A stretch of DNA of 64,000 nt from Utricularia gibba (lineage: Eukaryota > Plantae > Magnoliophyta), in contig NEEC01000010.1 in the NCBI GenBank assembly GCA_002189035.1, positions 2,790,001-2,854,000 on the forward strand. Reading direction: 5' to 3'. The position numbers and the translations under genes are program-made. The notes under the pieces were generated by a model, which worked only from the letters and a program-made list of their open reading frames with translations, made no database searches and was not told where the DNA came from. This document shows, one piece after another, positions 40,086 to 53,079 of the stretch. Every line of letters starts with the position of its first letter. The first letter of the stretch is position 1.

Positions 40086-41059
40086 AAAAAAGTAAGGTAA
40101 TTACTAATGACAAGATAAAAGGTAAAACACAAATCAAATTTTAAAATTAGGGTATTTACCCTATTTCCTCGATGAAGGCCTTTACCCCATCGTTATCCCT
40201 TTCCCGGCGTCATGCTGATGCATTGTGGGATGAATTAGGAAGGTGGCGTCTGTAAAAAAAAAAAAAAAAAAAAGAACACTGAATTTTTTTCTCTCAGAGA
40301 GAAATTGACAGTAACGAGAAGCACTTGGGCCGAACGTTTGGGCCAACCACAAATGCAAGAGGGGTGTTAGCCCATTGGCCCAGTTTATGTGACTGTTGTG
40401 GCCCATAATACATAGCAATGCTTCGCACAAACAAGATATTTCGTTTCGTTTTATTTCTTGAAAAATGCATGGACTCCAATTCATTGAAAAAAGAGTATGA
40501 AAAATAAATATAATTTTTGAAAATTAATATTTTTTTAAAATTTTCTTATAAAGATTATTGAATTAAATTTAAAAATTATGATTTAAGGGTACTAAGGGTA
40601 TGTTTTGTGTTATGAATTTCTTAAAGTAATTCAATTTAATTTTTGAAGATTTTAATTTTTAATTGTTTTATAGTAAAATCAGAAATTCGGATTCTATGAT
40701 TAACTTCATAAATTATTAAATTTCTTGAATCTCTATATCAGAGATTAAATAGACAAATTATATTATTCAAATTTTATCTATTCTAAAAATACTTTTATAT
40801 CATAAAATTAAATTATATAATAATTTAATATATTAAACTTTATAATATATATTTTACTTTATTAAATTTTATAATATTATATTATATTATCCCACAGTTT
40901 TATAATTTTAAATTGATTCTATTCATATAATTTTAAATTTAATTTTATTCGATATAATCTTGAGCAAACTTCAAATAGAGACGAGGCAATAAATGGATTG
41001 GATGAGAAATCTCACTGGAATGGCATATTCCTTGCAGGGGCCGAAGCATCTTCGGCATG

Positions 41060-41350
41060 CGATTCAGGTGGACTGAAGTGTCCCAGGAAACTGGAACAAC
41101 TTAGAGGTGAGTTTGAAAAGGGGATTGAACAAGTGGGAGGCAGCAAATCAGGTGGAGCGGCAGCAATACTGTGATGATGAAGAAAAAGATACTGGTTCTC
41201 AGGATCAAAGCCTGTGCTCATCTGATGTGATTCATGAAAACTTGCATTCCCTACAGTAAACGCCTCCATTTCAAGAACAGAAGCAGCAGCAGAAGTTTTC
41301 CTTAAGCATGCTCTTCAGCTTTTTCACCTTCCTTGGGTCCATTGACTTGA
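41060..41350 (-). pseudogene. Truncated duplicate of the 5' coding part of the bHLH at 48481-49759
   Basis: MEAFTVGNASFHES.QMSTGFD.EN.YLFL.HHSIAAAPPDLLPPTCSIPFSNSP matches 49470-49760; ends before the bHLH domain. Confidence 0.9.
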
Positions 41351-41929
41351 TGGTAAACGCTCCCTTTTTCCCTGCAAGCTTGGCATCATTTTAAGGAAGC
41401 GGTAACCTTAAAATGAGAATCAAAGCTTTATGTTTTTCGCTTTTCAACAAGTGATGTAACCGTTTTAACACAGGACAGAAACAGCAGAAGGGAAACGTGG
41501 AAAGAAACTGCATCAGAATGCCGTGCCATGGGAACCTACTCCACAGTCTTCTTGTTCATGGAATCATTGTAGTTTTTTCCTTGAAGCAATTCATGCGCAC
41601 CTGTAAAGACATTTACAAGAGAAGTTAATCAAATTGTCGACGAAACCGTTATTTATAGTTGAATATTCATGGTATATTGTTATGTTCCGATGCTCTGACA
41701 GGTCCATCCAACTGTCTCCCTGATACCAGATACTCTGCTAGAGTCTTTACCTGGGAAATGAAGAAAAAACAGGAGAAGAAGCCTTCTTTCATGTATCAAC
41801 ATGCATATGCATCCTACACTAACAGTGCCCCTGCCCATATAGTCAAGAAATTATGTCGATGATTCATGAACTATACAGCTTCGCTTAAGCTTTCAATTTC
41901 CAACTTCTGTACAGGCACACTTAATAAGA

Positions 41930-42520
41930 ACACAAATGGCATTCATCGCATGTACACTACTACATGGTACAGGCACAGCATTCGTGCACTACTAAAAAAC
42001 TTGATCGATCACCAGGGAGGAGCATCCATGGCATGCCCCATCAGAGCATCAACCCGACACCAACGATACCCAACCCCACCACGAAAACCACAGCATACTT
42101 ACCGATGCCACAACATCCACCAGATCTATGGTCGGGTTTTTTCCGGCTCGTATTGATCCTTGACCTCCTCCTCATTGGTTTCCAAGGTGGAAGTAATGGA
42201 GATCCTGGAAATGCTTGATGACCTTACTGCGTAGAGCCAGCAAATATGTATTGTTTTCCAGCTTCAAAAGTCGGAGCCACTGCTTATAGGCAAAGAGATG
42301 AGATGCTTGTCTCAGGAAAAGCTTGTTTTGCAATGTTATCGGACTCTCTGGCACGTGTTTGAGAATGATGCAGAGCATCTAGTATCCGTGAGGTATCTCC
42401 ATCCATCCTCCCAACGTCTCCAAGGGCAGAGCTATAAGCAGAAGAATGATAGAGAAATAAGGAAACCAAGCACAAGACATTTTTTAAGAAAGCTAGAGGT
42501 GCATGATTTTGTAATAGTTT
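41930..42520 (-). pseudogene. Orphan duplicate of the last exon of the gene at 50428-51900, with a 29-bp deletion
   Basis: Near-identical to 50340-50985; one ACAAGCTTG-flanked 29-bp segment (50752-50780) is lost; no upstream exon. Confidence 0.88.
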
Positions 42521-42609
42521 CACTAAACCCTAAGCCCTAAATCACCAAACGAATGTCTTATTTATTCAAAAGGATGCCAAATGGTGATCCTTCTTCGCTG
42601 CTGGTTCCA

Positions 42610-45600
42610 TCAGCCAATACATTTACGGTACACGGCAAGAGCCCAGATCGGGAATACATTCCGATAGAGTGGGTAGTGGGCAATGCAGTTTCTCATGAAG
42701 GCTCCAGTACGTTCCTGAAAATTCCATTCTCAATGACTCAGTAAGTTCCTGAAAATTCCATTCTCAAGCGTGCAGTAAACGTTGATTGAGTTACCTGCTG
42801 GGGAAATCTCCATCCTCCAACTGGGCGTTGATCAGAAGCCTTGCTGCACGGTTGAGTGGGGTGATGTCCCTCTGTGCCTGGAATAAATAATACTTTTTTT
42901 AATTTAATATAACAACAAATGGACTGTTGGGTTGGGCTGATGATTGACCTGGCCCGAATGCATGAGGCCCAACATGGCCCATGATGTTTGGACCAAGTTT
43001 GAGCGATTTCCTTCCAGTGCCACGTACTCCTGTTATTTAATAATTTTAATTCATTAATCGTTTGAATATATTATTTATTTATTTATTTTCCAGAACTTAC
43101 CTTCTTTGGGCAAGAAAGGTAGGATTCTCCCCAGCCGCCGTCGTCCCTCTGGGTGCTTAAGAGAAAATTAACTCCTCGACGGATGGCGGAGCAATTCTGA
43201 TATGTATTGCCGGCGGCAGATAGTCCGGAGAGTGCGAACCATGCTGTCAATATGATCATGTATTTGCAAGTGAGACTTTTTAACAAACACGCTTTGGGCA
43301 TAATCCATTCGATTTTGTCCCATCTCACGGTTGATAACTGCAGAGCAAAAATGGCGGCGTTCCGGTTTGGGAGCCAGCAGGGGCATCAAAGTGGCTTGAG
43401 GTAGGTTCGTACATCCACATTCAAGCCGATTAAACTTCATCCGAAAAAAAAAAGAACACATTTTGCAGTTGCTGAATCCTTCGGAGTTTTACGAAGATAT
43501 CGTTGTGGAACACGAGTGCGTGGAATGCACAGCTGCATCAATCCAGGCCCTAGTTCTGTTCAAGAAACTGCACCCCCACCACCTTAATAAAGAAATCGGG
43601 ATATCCATCAAGAAAGCCGTTGAATACATCAAGATCATTCAAAGACCCGATGGCTCATGGTAAAAAAACTTCGACACTTACGATTCCAATCACCATAATC
43701 GATGGCATATTGTTTTGCAAGGTACGGGAGTTGGGCAGTTTGCTTCACCTACGGCGCGGAGTTTCACGTCTTCCATCTTGTCTCCAACGATTTCCGGTGA
43801 CATCATGGAGAAGAGAAGGCAACACTGAGAAATAGAAACTCAAAGGGATGTCTTTTCCATCAAGAATCAAAATACCAATGGATTGCAAGTGTACCTTCAA
43901 ACCCTCTGCGGTGCAATCGGAGACTGGCCATCCATGATCTTGATCAGAAAATGTCCATGATCCTCTAGAAATATGCCGGTACATACTCCGGAAATCACCT
44001 GAAGGATTATCCTTCACCTGCATATGAGTAGCTATTGATATATCTATTGATTTGCAGCGTGGCTAGAACATTTGTAATGAAGTAGCAACCTGAGAGTTCT
44101 TTATGAACTCATGACCCCTCTTTAAGGTCTCTCCTATCTCACCAGTGAGATCACATTCCAATAATGCTTGTATGGCAAAAGATGCATCCCACAGTTGACT
44201 GCCAAAAGTCTGTTTATGAACACAAGATCAGTTATCTCAGTTCTAGATCATGGATTGTGAGCATCTTTGTTTATAATAACTGAATAAATCATCGCACTGG
44301 TACATTACCTGCATCTTCATGCCATCCTCCGCTACCCACATGTAATCGGGGATGCGGGCGAGGTGTTTCTTGACGTACTCCCCCTGAGGATCCTCAACCC
44401 AACAAGCCATCAAGCAAAGTGCCTTCTCTATGCAGCCTATGGTAATGTATCTACTGTTTTCATCTTCATAATGAATGTGTTTCATGGTAACTTGCAGAGC
44501 TTTGTCCCGTAGCTTAATGAAAGGCCAGCGAGACAGTAGAGGCTCAGCAATTAAATAGCAAGCATCCCAAATGAAGTCCTGTACAAATCCATGTGCATAA
44601 TACAAATCCTCCTGCCAGAGAATACAGGTTTTCAGATCTTGCTCCTTCCTCTTCATTAAGTATAACTCATTATCAATGACTAACCTTTGCGCATACTTTT
44701 CGCAGGCTTCTCCAATCAATCTTTCGTAAGGCTCATCATATAACTCTTGTCTGAGTTCTAAGATCAGAGGAGTGATTGGAGCTACAAATCTCTTGCCATA
44801 CAAGTAGGACATCGGCATGTACACCATACGACAATAAGGCATCATTTTGGCTGTCATTTGAAATAAGATCTATGATGTCAACCTGCATCATGAAAAAGGA
44901 AAACAGACAGAAGAGGACCTGGATGTATTGGGAGATATGAAGGGAACAACCAGAATTCAGGTGGCATCGGGTTAGTACCGGACCAATCGTACAACCCGAT
45001 TATCTGAAAATAGGAACAATCATGTATATGTTTAACCAGTCTCAATCTCTGAAAGTTTAGAGTTGAGAGAGAGTACAGACAGATAGATAAGTCTTGCCCC
45101 ACGAAGGGATGGCCTTAACCGTTCCGTGGTCCATGATCCACTTCCTAGCTTTGATGCAGGAGGTATTGTTGCTGTCTACGCCCAGAATCCTCATGCAAAG
45201 GTAACTTAGTGCAGTGCAGAACATCATGCTGTGACCTGCTACATGGAACCCCCATCCTCCATCTTCATTCTGTCATCAATTCTCAAGTATGTTTTTACTT
45301 TTTTTTCGCGTTTGCTCCAATTTTCATCTCATTTTAGTTGTTGCCCAAAATATTACTTAGTTTACCTGGTGGCAGTACAGATAACGAAGAATCTCTCTGC
45401 AGTGTTGGGGTGAGAAAACTGTGTTGAGGCATCCCATCATGTACAAGGCCATCACCTGCATGGCTTAAGTGGCAAGGTTGAAAAAATTGGAACGCTTTAT
45501 TTCTTAAACAGGCAAAGGCGAATGCTTTACCAGTGGCGGTAGAAAGTACAGCGGGCCGGCGTTTTCTGCGGGCCAGTGGCCGTCGCTGGCTTGCAACGCC

Positions 45601-45981
45601 GCGAAATAATGAACCCACGTCGTAGAGCGGCGGTGGCTTTCTCATGACTCACATCTTCATCGTCGCCCACCCTCACTTGCTGTATCCTTTGCCGAAAGTT
45701 ACTCTCGTGCAAATACTGCACAGTTCAGCATGGTATATAAGTTGGCATCTTGATCAGCATGCATTTTCCAACGCAAATACCTGCGTCCGCCATAGGAGAT
45801 CACCGTTTGCCTTCACAGTGTGGCGATTCTCCCAAAAGTCACTTCGGGCCTTCTCCACTGCTTCCCGGAGCTCCGGTGTGCCGTAGTCCTCATCGAAGGT
45901 CCACGTCTGTCTTCCCACAAAGTTGTTAGTTGTGTAGAGGTAAGGATTATTGTCTCCCTGAGCAACTCTGAGTCTCCACAT
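42610..45981 (-). pseudogene. Oxidosqualene cyclase OSC3, disrupted by an internal inversion
   Basis: All OSC exons present, but 43245-43755 is on the + strand ([20 protein letters not shown]...[14 protein letters not shown]); MMPYCR; additional 1-bp deletions at ~42800, ~44722, ~45615. Confidence 0.93.
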
Positions 45982-47009
45982 GACTGACCACTTTATGCTG
46001 CAAAGAAAGTATGATGTCAATGATGGCTTTCTGAAATGCATGCGTGTCGAAGTATTACATGAAAAAACCAAGGTTTGTTTGTCGTTTGCAGGCTAGAGAG
46101 GAAGGGGAAGTAGTAGAGAATGGCAAACCTGACTGCCTTGGAGTTGCCACAGGTGACTCTGAGGAGAGATCCCCTGCTTATCTAAAGTTCCATACTGCAA
46201 GAGTAGCTCTGTATGGTAGGAGGCCCACATTTTCTTCAAGCACGCAGAATGGCATGCATTCAGCCAATTTTTCTAAAAAACAAAGAATCAAGTTGGAGGG
46301 CTGGAGGGCCACGCATTGCAGACAGCAAAGTTGTCGTTTTCAAGGTACGCAAACACCGGCCGTTTTGTTAATATGCCTATAAAAAATATATCAAAATATA
46401 TGTTTTTTTTTATAACTTAAATGACTTTATTTTATTTTATTCTTTTACATAAATTTGTAAAAAAATCTGTTATTATAAAAAAATACCTGTGTTTTCCTAG
46501 AATATTTTTTTATTATGTTTTAGATGAATATGTAATTATAAAAAAATAGATGTAATTTTTTTAAAATTGAAAACAAATTTTAAGCATTTTCAATTTATTT
46601 TTATATTTAATCAATAGAAATTTATAAATTTAATTAAATATTGTAATTATACATTTTATATATGTTTGTTTATTTATTAATAAAAATATATTTGAAAAAA
46701 TATTCGAAATTTTGTAATATTTTCATGTTATTTATTTATTTTTTTAACATTTAAAAAATTTATGATACATGAATTGTTTACTAAATGTGATTTCGTTGGT
46801 TTTGAAATATCAGTTCAAAGGTTACAGTACTTGAATCCATGGCTCGCTACATAGATTTGGGATCCAGGCTCTATCAGAACTCGATTCTTTGTTTCTGCTT
46901 CTTTGTTTGGCCTTGTGTCAACAGTTGCCAAGCTACTCTTTGTGAGAATTTGGGACAAAGGGTTCGAAAGATTCACTATAATCTGCAAGTATATCGGGAT
47001 TTTACATAC

Positions 47010-48222
47010 CTAATTACTATCTGGAGGAGGATCAGCTGCTGCAGACTGCTGATCCACGGCTTCAATCAGTTTGTTGGCCAATGCGCTTGCATAAACAGTT
47101 GAAACTTCATAAATCTGCAACAAAAGGTCAGTCACACATTCTATTTTCTCTGGAAAGGTTGAACTGAAAAAATCTAGAAGTTTCCTACCACCTTTGAATT
47201 GAAGAAAAACGTGTAATAGTCTCCAATGAGTCCTCCAGCAACATGGTGCAGATCTAGCTGAAGCTCATGAAGAACCTTCGAAACAAACACAAGGCAATTG
47301 ATTCTCTTCTGTTGGACAATCTTCACTGTAACTTCATCATCGATGATCTTAACATCAATTATCGTGTTCTTGGATTTTCTCTGTAGCCAAGAGCATCTTA
47401 GGGAGCCATTCTCTTTGTTCACATCTCCAAGAATATTTGACTCCTCAGACTTGAGCATTTTTAGCCGTTCCTTTGTGAACCTCTTCTTCTCCACTAAAAC
47501 TTTCAGCTCAGTCACTGTCCTTTTGAGCTCGTCGATGTAGTCAATGGCGTTCCCTACCGTCGATGCTCTATCGCTCTGGGATCCATGACACGTAAGATAG
47601 TTCACTTATTGTTTTCATCGTGATAATGATGCTTTGTGAAATCAGTTACCTTAGTGGGATTTGGTACCAGTTTCCTCAAAGCTTCAAACTTGTCATTCAA
47701 GCGGACCCTCCTGTGCCTTTCTGTGACAAAGGGCTTGGTGCTTTTCCCTACTCCAGTGAACTCAAATACCCCATTCTCAAATAGAGATCCATTTCTTGGA
47801 GATCTAACAACTAAACCAGTGCTAGGTAAAGAATGAAACATGTCTCTCAGGAAAGGTGGTCGAGGTGGAGGTTGATTCAAAGTGGGGTGATCATTAACTA
47901 TGCTCCCTGTGGTTAGGGAAGCCAACAAGCTGGGAGAATTCTGAGCTGAGTTTAAAAAGTTAACTGAAGAATATGGCAACTCTGTGAGCAATCTTTGAGG
48001 GTGAACAGAAAAAGCAGAGGTGTGGTATTGAAGATACATAGTTTCGCAGTCAAACCCGCTTGTTCTTTGTAAATGAAAGTCAGTAGCAGCTTGTTGAACT
48101 TCGTTCTCATTGGCAACGTTGAAGAATTGATCATCTCCCACGTTGAATCCTTGCTGAAGCTCCATTTCCAGGGTAGCATCTTGCTGGGATAATGAGGTGT
48201 GGCTGAAAGCATTCTCCTCCAT
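47010..48222 (-). CDS. bHLH transcription factor, anther/tapetum subfamily II type (bHLH010/089/091, EAT1/TIP2-like), 3 exons
   Basis: TERHRRVRLNDKFEALRKLVPNPTK|SDRASTVGNAIDYIDELKR; ACT-like C-domain SWLQRKSK...IIDDEVTVK...LDLHHVAGG.IG; IYE.STVYASALANKLIE; stop 47010-47012. Confidence 0.92.
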
Positions 48223-48480
48223 GAAAAAGGGTACAGTGCCCCCTTTTAAAGTTTTCACGTACTAAGCAAAAAAGCTGTAACTGCAAGATCACATTTTTGA
48301 GAGCCTGTTCTTTGTATTTACACTTGTATGTTTGTAAGGGAGAAAAGGGAAGGAATGAAGTAGTTTTGAGAATAGCAGATCAAAGAAAGTCAGTTTAGTT
48401 TTGGTTGGAGTTTGGTGAAAAACTGGAATAGTATGATTTGATGATTGAACTATTCATTCTACTACAAGATAGCAGCACCA

Positions 48481-49759
48481 TCATAAGCTTGATGTTGCTG
48501 CTGCATATTGCAGATCCACAGCTTCAATCAGCTTGTTTGCCAGTGCAGTTGCATACACAATAGAACCTTCACAGATCTACAAAACAGCGAAGAAAATTGT
48601 TTCATTATGATGTCTATCTTTTCTGAAAACGTGAACACTAGTTTTACCTTTGAGTTGAACAAAAAGCTGTAATAATCACCTATGACGCCTCCAGCAACAT
48701 GATGAAGATCAAGGTGAAGCTCATCAAGAACCTTTGAAACATATACAAGGCTGTTGATTGCCCTCTGTTGCACAAGCTTCACAGTAACTTCATCATCTAT
48801 GATTCGAACATCAATCTCAGTGTTCTTAGATTTCCTCTGAAGCCATGAGGTTCTCATGGCACGTCCATCCTCTTGGCGAACATCATCAGTTTCAATCTTG
48901 GGACTCTTGATTCTCTTCTCTTTAGCACTTCTCTTCTTCTCAGCAAGGAGTTTGAGCTCAGCTACTGTCCTCTGTAGCTCATTTATGTAGTCAATAGCGT
49001 CCGCCAGAATGGTGGCTTGATCATTCTTGAATCCAAGTAAAAGAAAAAAAGAAGACGACGAAGAAGAAGAAATCATTAGTTACATATAGCCTTGTTTTGT
49101 GCCAACTTTTGAGTTGATTCCAGATACACAGCCTTGGCTATTAGTATTACCTTAGTGGGATTTGGTATCAGTTTACTCAAATCCTTGAACTTGTCATTCA
49201 TGGAGACTCTTCTCTGCTTTTCATTGCTTGAACATTTGGTCACTTTCCCATCTTTCATGTGACAGGGGCTACCTGTTTCTCCAGCAGTGAACTCGAAGAA
49301 CTCAAAATTTTGACTAGGATACAATGCTCCAGCACCAACACTGCCGTCCAGAAAACCAAACAAAGATTCAACCTTTGGTTCTCCTCCACAAGGAAACGGC
49401 TCCCTCAGCGAAGATGGTTGATTCAAAGACAGCAAAGAGTCATAGCCGACGTTACCCGGATCGTCGGTATGAGATTCAGGTGGGCTGAAGTGTCCCAGGA
49501 AACTGGAATAATTTAGAGGTGAGTTTGAAAAGGGGATTGAACAAGTGGGAGGCAGCAAATCAGGTGGAGCGGCTGCAATACTGTGGTGTTGAAGAAAAAG
49601 ATAATGGTTTTCAGCATCAAAGCCTGTGCTCATCTGATTTGACTCATGAAAACTTGCATTCCCTACGTTAAATGCCTCCATTTCAAGAGCAGAAGCAGCA
49701 GCAGCAGCAGAAGTTTCCTTAAGCATGCTCTTCAGCTTTTTCACCTTCCTTGGGTCCAT
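48481..49759 (-). CDS. Second subfamily II-type bHLH, tandem paralogue (start codon uncertain)
   Basis: EKQRRVSMNDKFKDLSKLIPNPTK|NDQATILADAIDYINELQR; same ACT-like domain; ICEGSIVYATALANKLIE; stop 48481-48483. Confidence 0.9.
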
Positions 49760-50427
49760 TGACTTGATGGGAAATGCCCCCTTTTTCACTGCAAGCTTAG
49801 CATCATTTTAAAGAAGCGGAAAGCTTAACTTCAAATACGAATCAAAACTTTCTGTTTTTCCCTTTTCAACAAGTGATGTAACCGTTTTTACACAGGACAG
49901 AAACAGCAGGTGGAAAACGTGGAAAGAAACTGTAACAGAATGCCGTGCCATGGGACCTACTCCATAGTCTTCTTGTCCATGGAATCATTGTAGTTTTTTC
50001 CTTGAAGCAAATCATGCGTATCTGTAAGATATTTACAAGGAAAGATAATCAAATTGTAGACGAAACCGTTATATATAGTTGAATATCCAAAGTATATTGT
50101 TATGGCCCGATGCTCGGACAGGTCCATCCATCTGTCTCCCTGGTACGGCTGCTCTGCTAAAGTCTTTACCTGGGAGATGAAGAAAAAAAAAAAAACAGGA
50201 GAAAAAGCCTTCTTTCATGTATCAACATGCATAAACATCCTACACTAACAGTTCCCCTGTCCATATAATCAAGAAATTATGTCAATGATTCATGAACTAT
50301 CCAGCTTCGCTTAAGCTTTCAATTTCCAACTTCTGTACAGGCACACTTGATAGGAACACAAATGGCATTCATCACATATACACTACTACATGGTACAGGC
50401 ACAGCATAGCATGTTGGACGTGCACTA

Positions 50428-51900
50428 TCACAAACTTGATCGATCACCAGGGAGGAGCATCCATGCCATGCCCCATCCAAGCATCAAGCCAACACCAACC
50501 AGACCCAACCCCACCACGAAAACCACAGCATACTTGCCAATGCCACAGCATCTGCCAGATCTATCGTCTGGCTTTCTCCGGCTCGTATTGATCCTTGACC
50601 TCCTCCTCATTGGTTTCCAAGGTGGAAGTAATGGAGATCCTGGAAATGCTTGCTGACCCTTACTGCGTAGAGCCAGCAAATATGTATTGTTCTCCAGCTG
50701 CAAAAGTCGGAGCCACTGCTTATAGGCAAAGAGATGAGATGCTTGTCTCAGCACAAGCTTGATAATGTGCTCTTTCTCCTCACAAGCTTGTTTTGCAATG
50801 TTATCTGACTCTCTGGCACGTGTTTGAGAATGATGCAGAGCATCCAGTATCTGTGAGGTATCTCCATCCATCCTCCCAACGTCTCCAAGGGCAGAGCTAT
50901 AAACAGAAGAATGATGGAGAAATAAGGAAACTAAGCACAACACAATTTTTAAAAAAGCTAAAGGTGCATGATTTTGTAATATAATGCATTAAAAGCATGA
51001 TGAATTAATTAGAAGATAAACAACATAGATTACAAGCTCGAAGATAACCAGATCATTTTACCAATATGCACTTTCTGATGGTGATCTCCGTGCTGGGTAG
51101 GCACTATGGCCAGCTACATCAGCCGTCAAAGGATCACTAAAACGCAAGTGGCTGGGAGACTGAACCAGATCTTGATGTCTTGACAGAGTGAAAGTTCTAT
51201 GACGGCAAGAAGAGATTGTTTCAGAACTTCGAGAAGTCTTTCCACAAGCAGTCAGAGGTGATGGGAGGTCACAGTTCTCAATCATGCCACGAGATCTTTG
51301 TGCAACTAAAAACGCCAGTTCTTCAGCACCTGCACTCTGCCACCATGGACCACTCTTTTCACAAGATTCTGGATCAAAGTAATTACCAAGAGTACTCTCG
51401 ACAACTTTAACTCCATCATGAGCTTTCTTCCCATCAATGCTGGTACCACAGGTGTCAAATGAATTGAATTTTTCTTCTTTAACTAAAAACTGGGAACTAA
51501 GGACAGATTCGGCAGAAGTCTGATCAACAATCACAAAGTCAGTTTCATTGACTAAAAAGTCTTGTGAAGCTTCTGTTAAATCGGAAGTTTCATCACCGTC
51601 ACTCATCACAGTAAGTTTCTCATCCATTAATCTGCTCTGGTGTCCATAACCTTGCTGCAGATGCATCCACCACTGCGACCTAGTTGATAAATTACAGTAC
51701 ACAGGTTCCGGATCCAACCGCGAAAAATCACCAGGAGGAATTTCTTGGCCACTGGCTGCATCTGCAGGCCTCAACTCAGGTTCTTGGAAAGGAGCAAGCG
51801 ACGAGCAGCATGCTAATTTTGGAGCTCTCTTTGCATCTTCTTGAACAAAGCACCTACTCGCGGCTCTCTGCCAAGCAGCTCTAGCTTCTGCTAGTGCCAT
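50428..51900 (-). CDS. Conserved uncharacterised plant protein with C-terminal TM segment (2 exons)
   Basis: N-terminal AEARAAWQR...RCFVQEDAKRAPKLACC; PWWQ......LAFLVAQRS...IENCDLP; ILDAL.HSQTRARE...KEH..KL..RQASHLFAYKQW..LLQLE; TM YAVVFVVGLGLVGVG.MLGW. Confidence 0.88.
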
Positions 51901-53079
51901 TTCTCCTCATTTCTCTCTGCAAATACCATCTAGATTTAGAAGCACAAACTTCTCAGATGCAGCCGACAAAAACACATCCACGCGAAATTCCAATAACATC
52001 AAAGAACAGTTATCTCAAGCAAACAAATACATATTTCACGTACGAAAAGCAAACAAAGAGAACAATAATCCCAATCTACAACCTAGGTGAAAGCAGATTC
52101 CAGATTCCAGTTTCCAATAAAAAAGAGAGCAGATTCTGAAGCAAACCGATTCCCCTCCCCATCCCAAACCCCCAAAACCCATATCAGCAACCCACCAATA
52201 CTTATCCCACAAAAAGGGAGGCGAAAATCGAACACCCATGTGAGCACAGCAGCCCATCACCAACGAACTCTGAATAACCTTCGTATTAGCAGTTTCCCCT
52301 TCTCAAAGTCCTAATCTTTGATCCCCGAGATCCCGGATCCCCGCTGATCCCGAACCGAAGGCCCCTGCTTTTACCTGCGGTTGCACTCATGCGTCTCCAT
52401 TCCAAGTCACGTGCGTGGACCACGTGTCATCATCACCCTCGTTAGTAATAAAACCTAAGGGCGGTAAAATAGTACACGTTATAAAATAAATTGGTATTAA
52501 TCAAAATTAATCATAGTGGCGGAGTGTGGGAGAGTGCAAGGTCGCTGTGGAAAACGACAGCGTTTCGACATTGAGTTGGATAAGTCTCGACGACTTGTGC
52601 TCGTGATTTTCAATATTAAAAAAAAATTGTCAATCATTTGTAAATTCAATTTTAATTTGTTTTAAATTTTGCAATTTATGATTCAAAATAATTTAATGAT
52701 TAATTTTTTAATTTTTTAAACCGACTACTACTCCTCAAACAGGCCATTTATAAATATATATATTATCACATTCTTTCACATACACCTAAGTAAAATATGT
52801 ATATATATATATATAACATGAACACCTATCTACTTTCAAAACCTGTATATACTCGACAACATTAAAAATTATTTACAAATGTGATGATACTCTCATTCTA
52901 TTTCATATTTTCAGACAAATTTTTTAGTTAAGGATGATCAGTAAGAAGGAATAACTATATTTCTAATAGACTTAGAGAACACTTCATCTTCTACACCTAC
53001 CTTCACATCAAGGAAATCCATCCATCTGTTTAGGACACTTTCAGATCAATGACTAACAAATGAGCAGAAGCATGGAATC

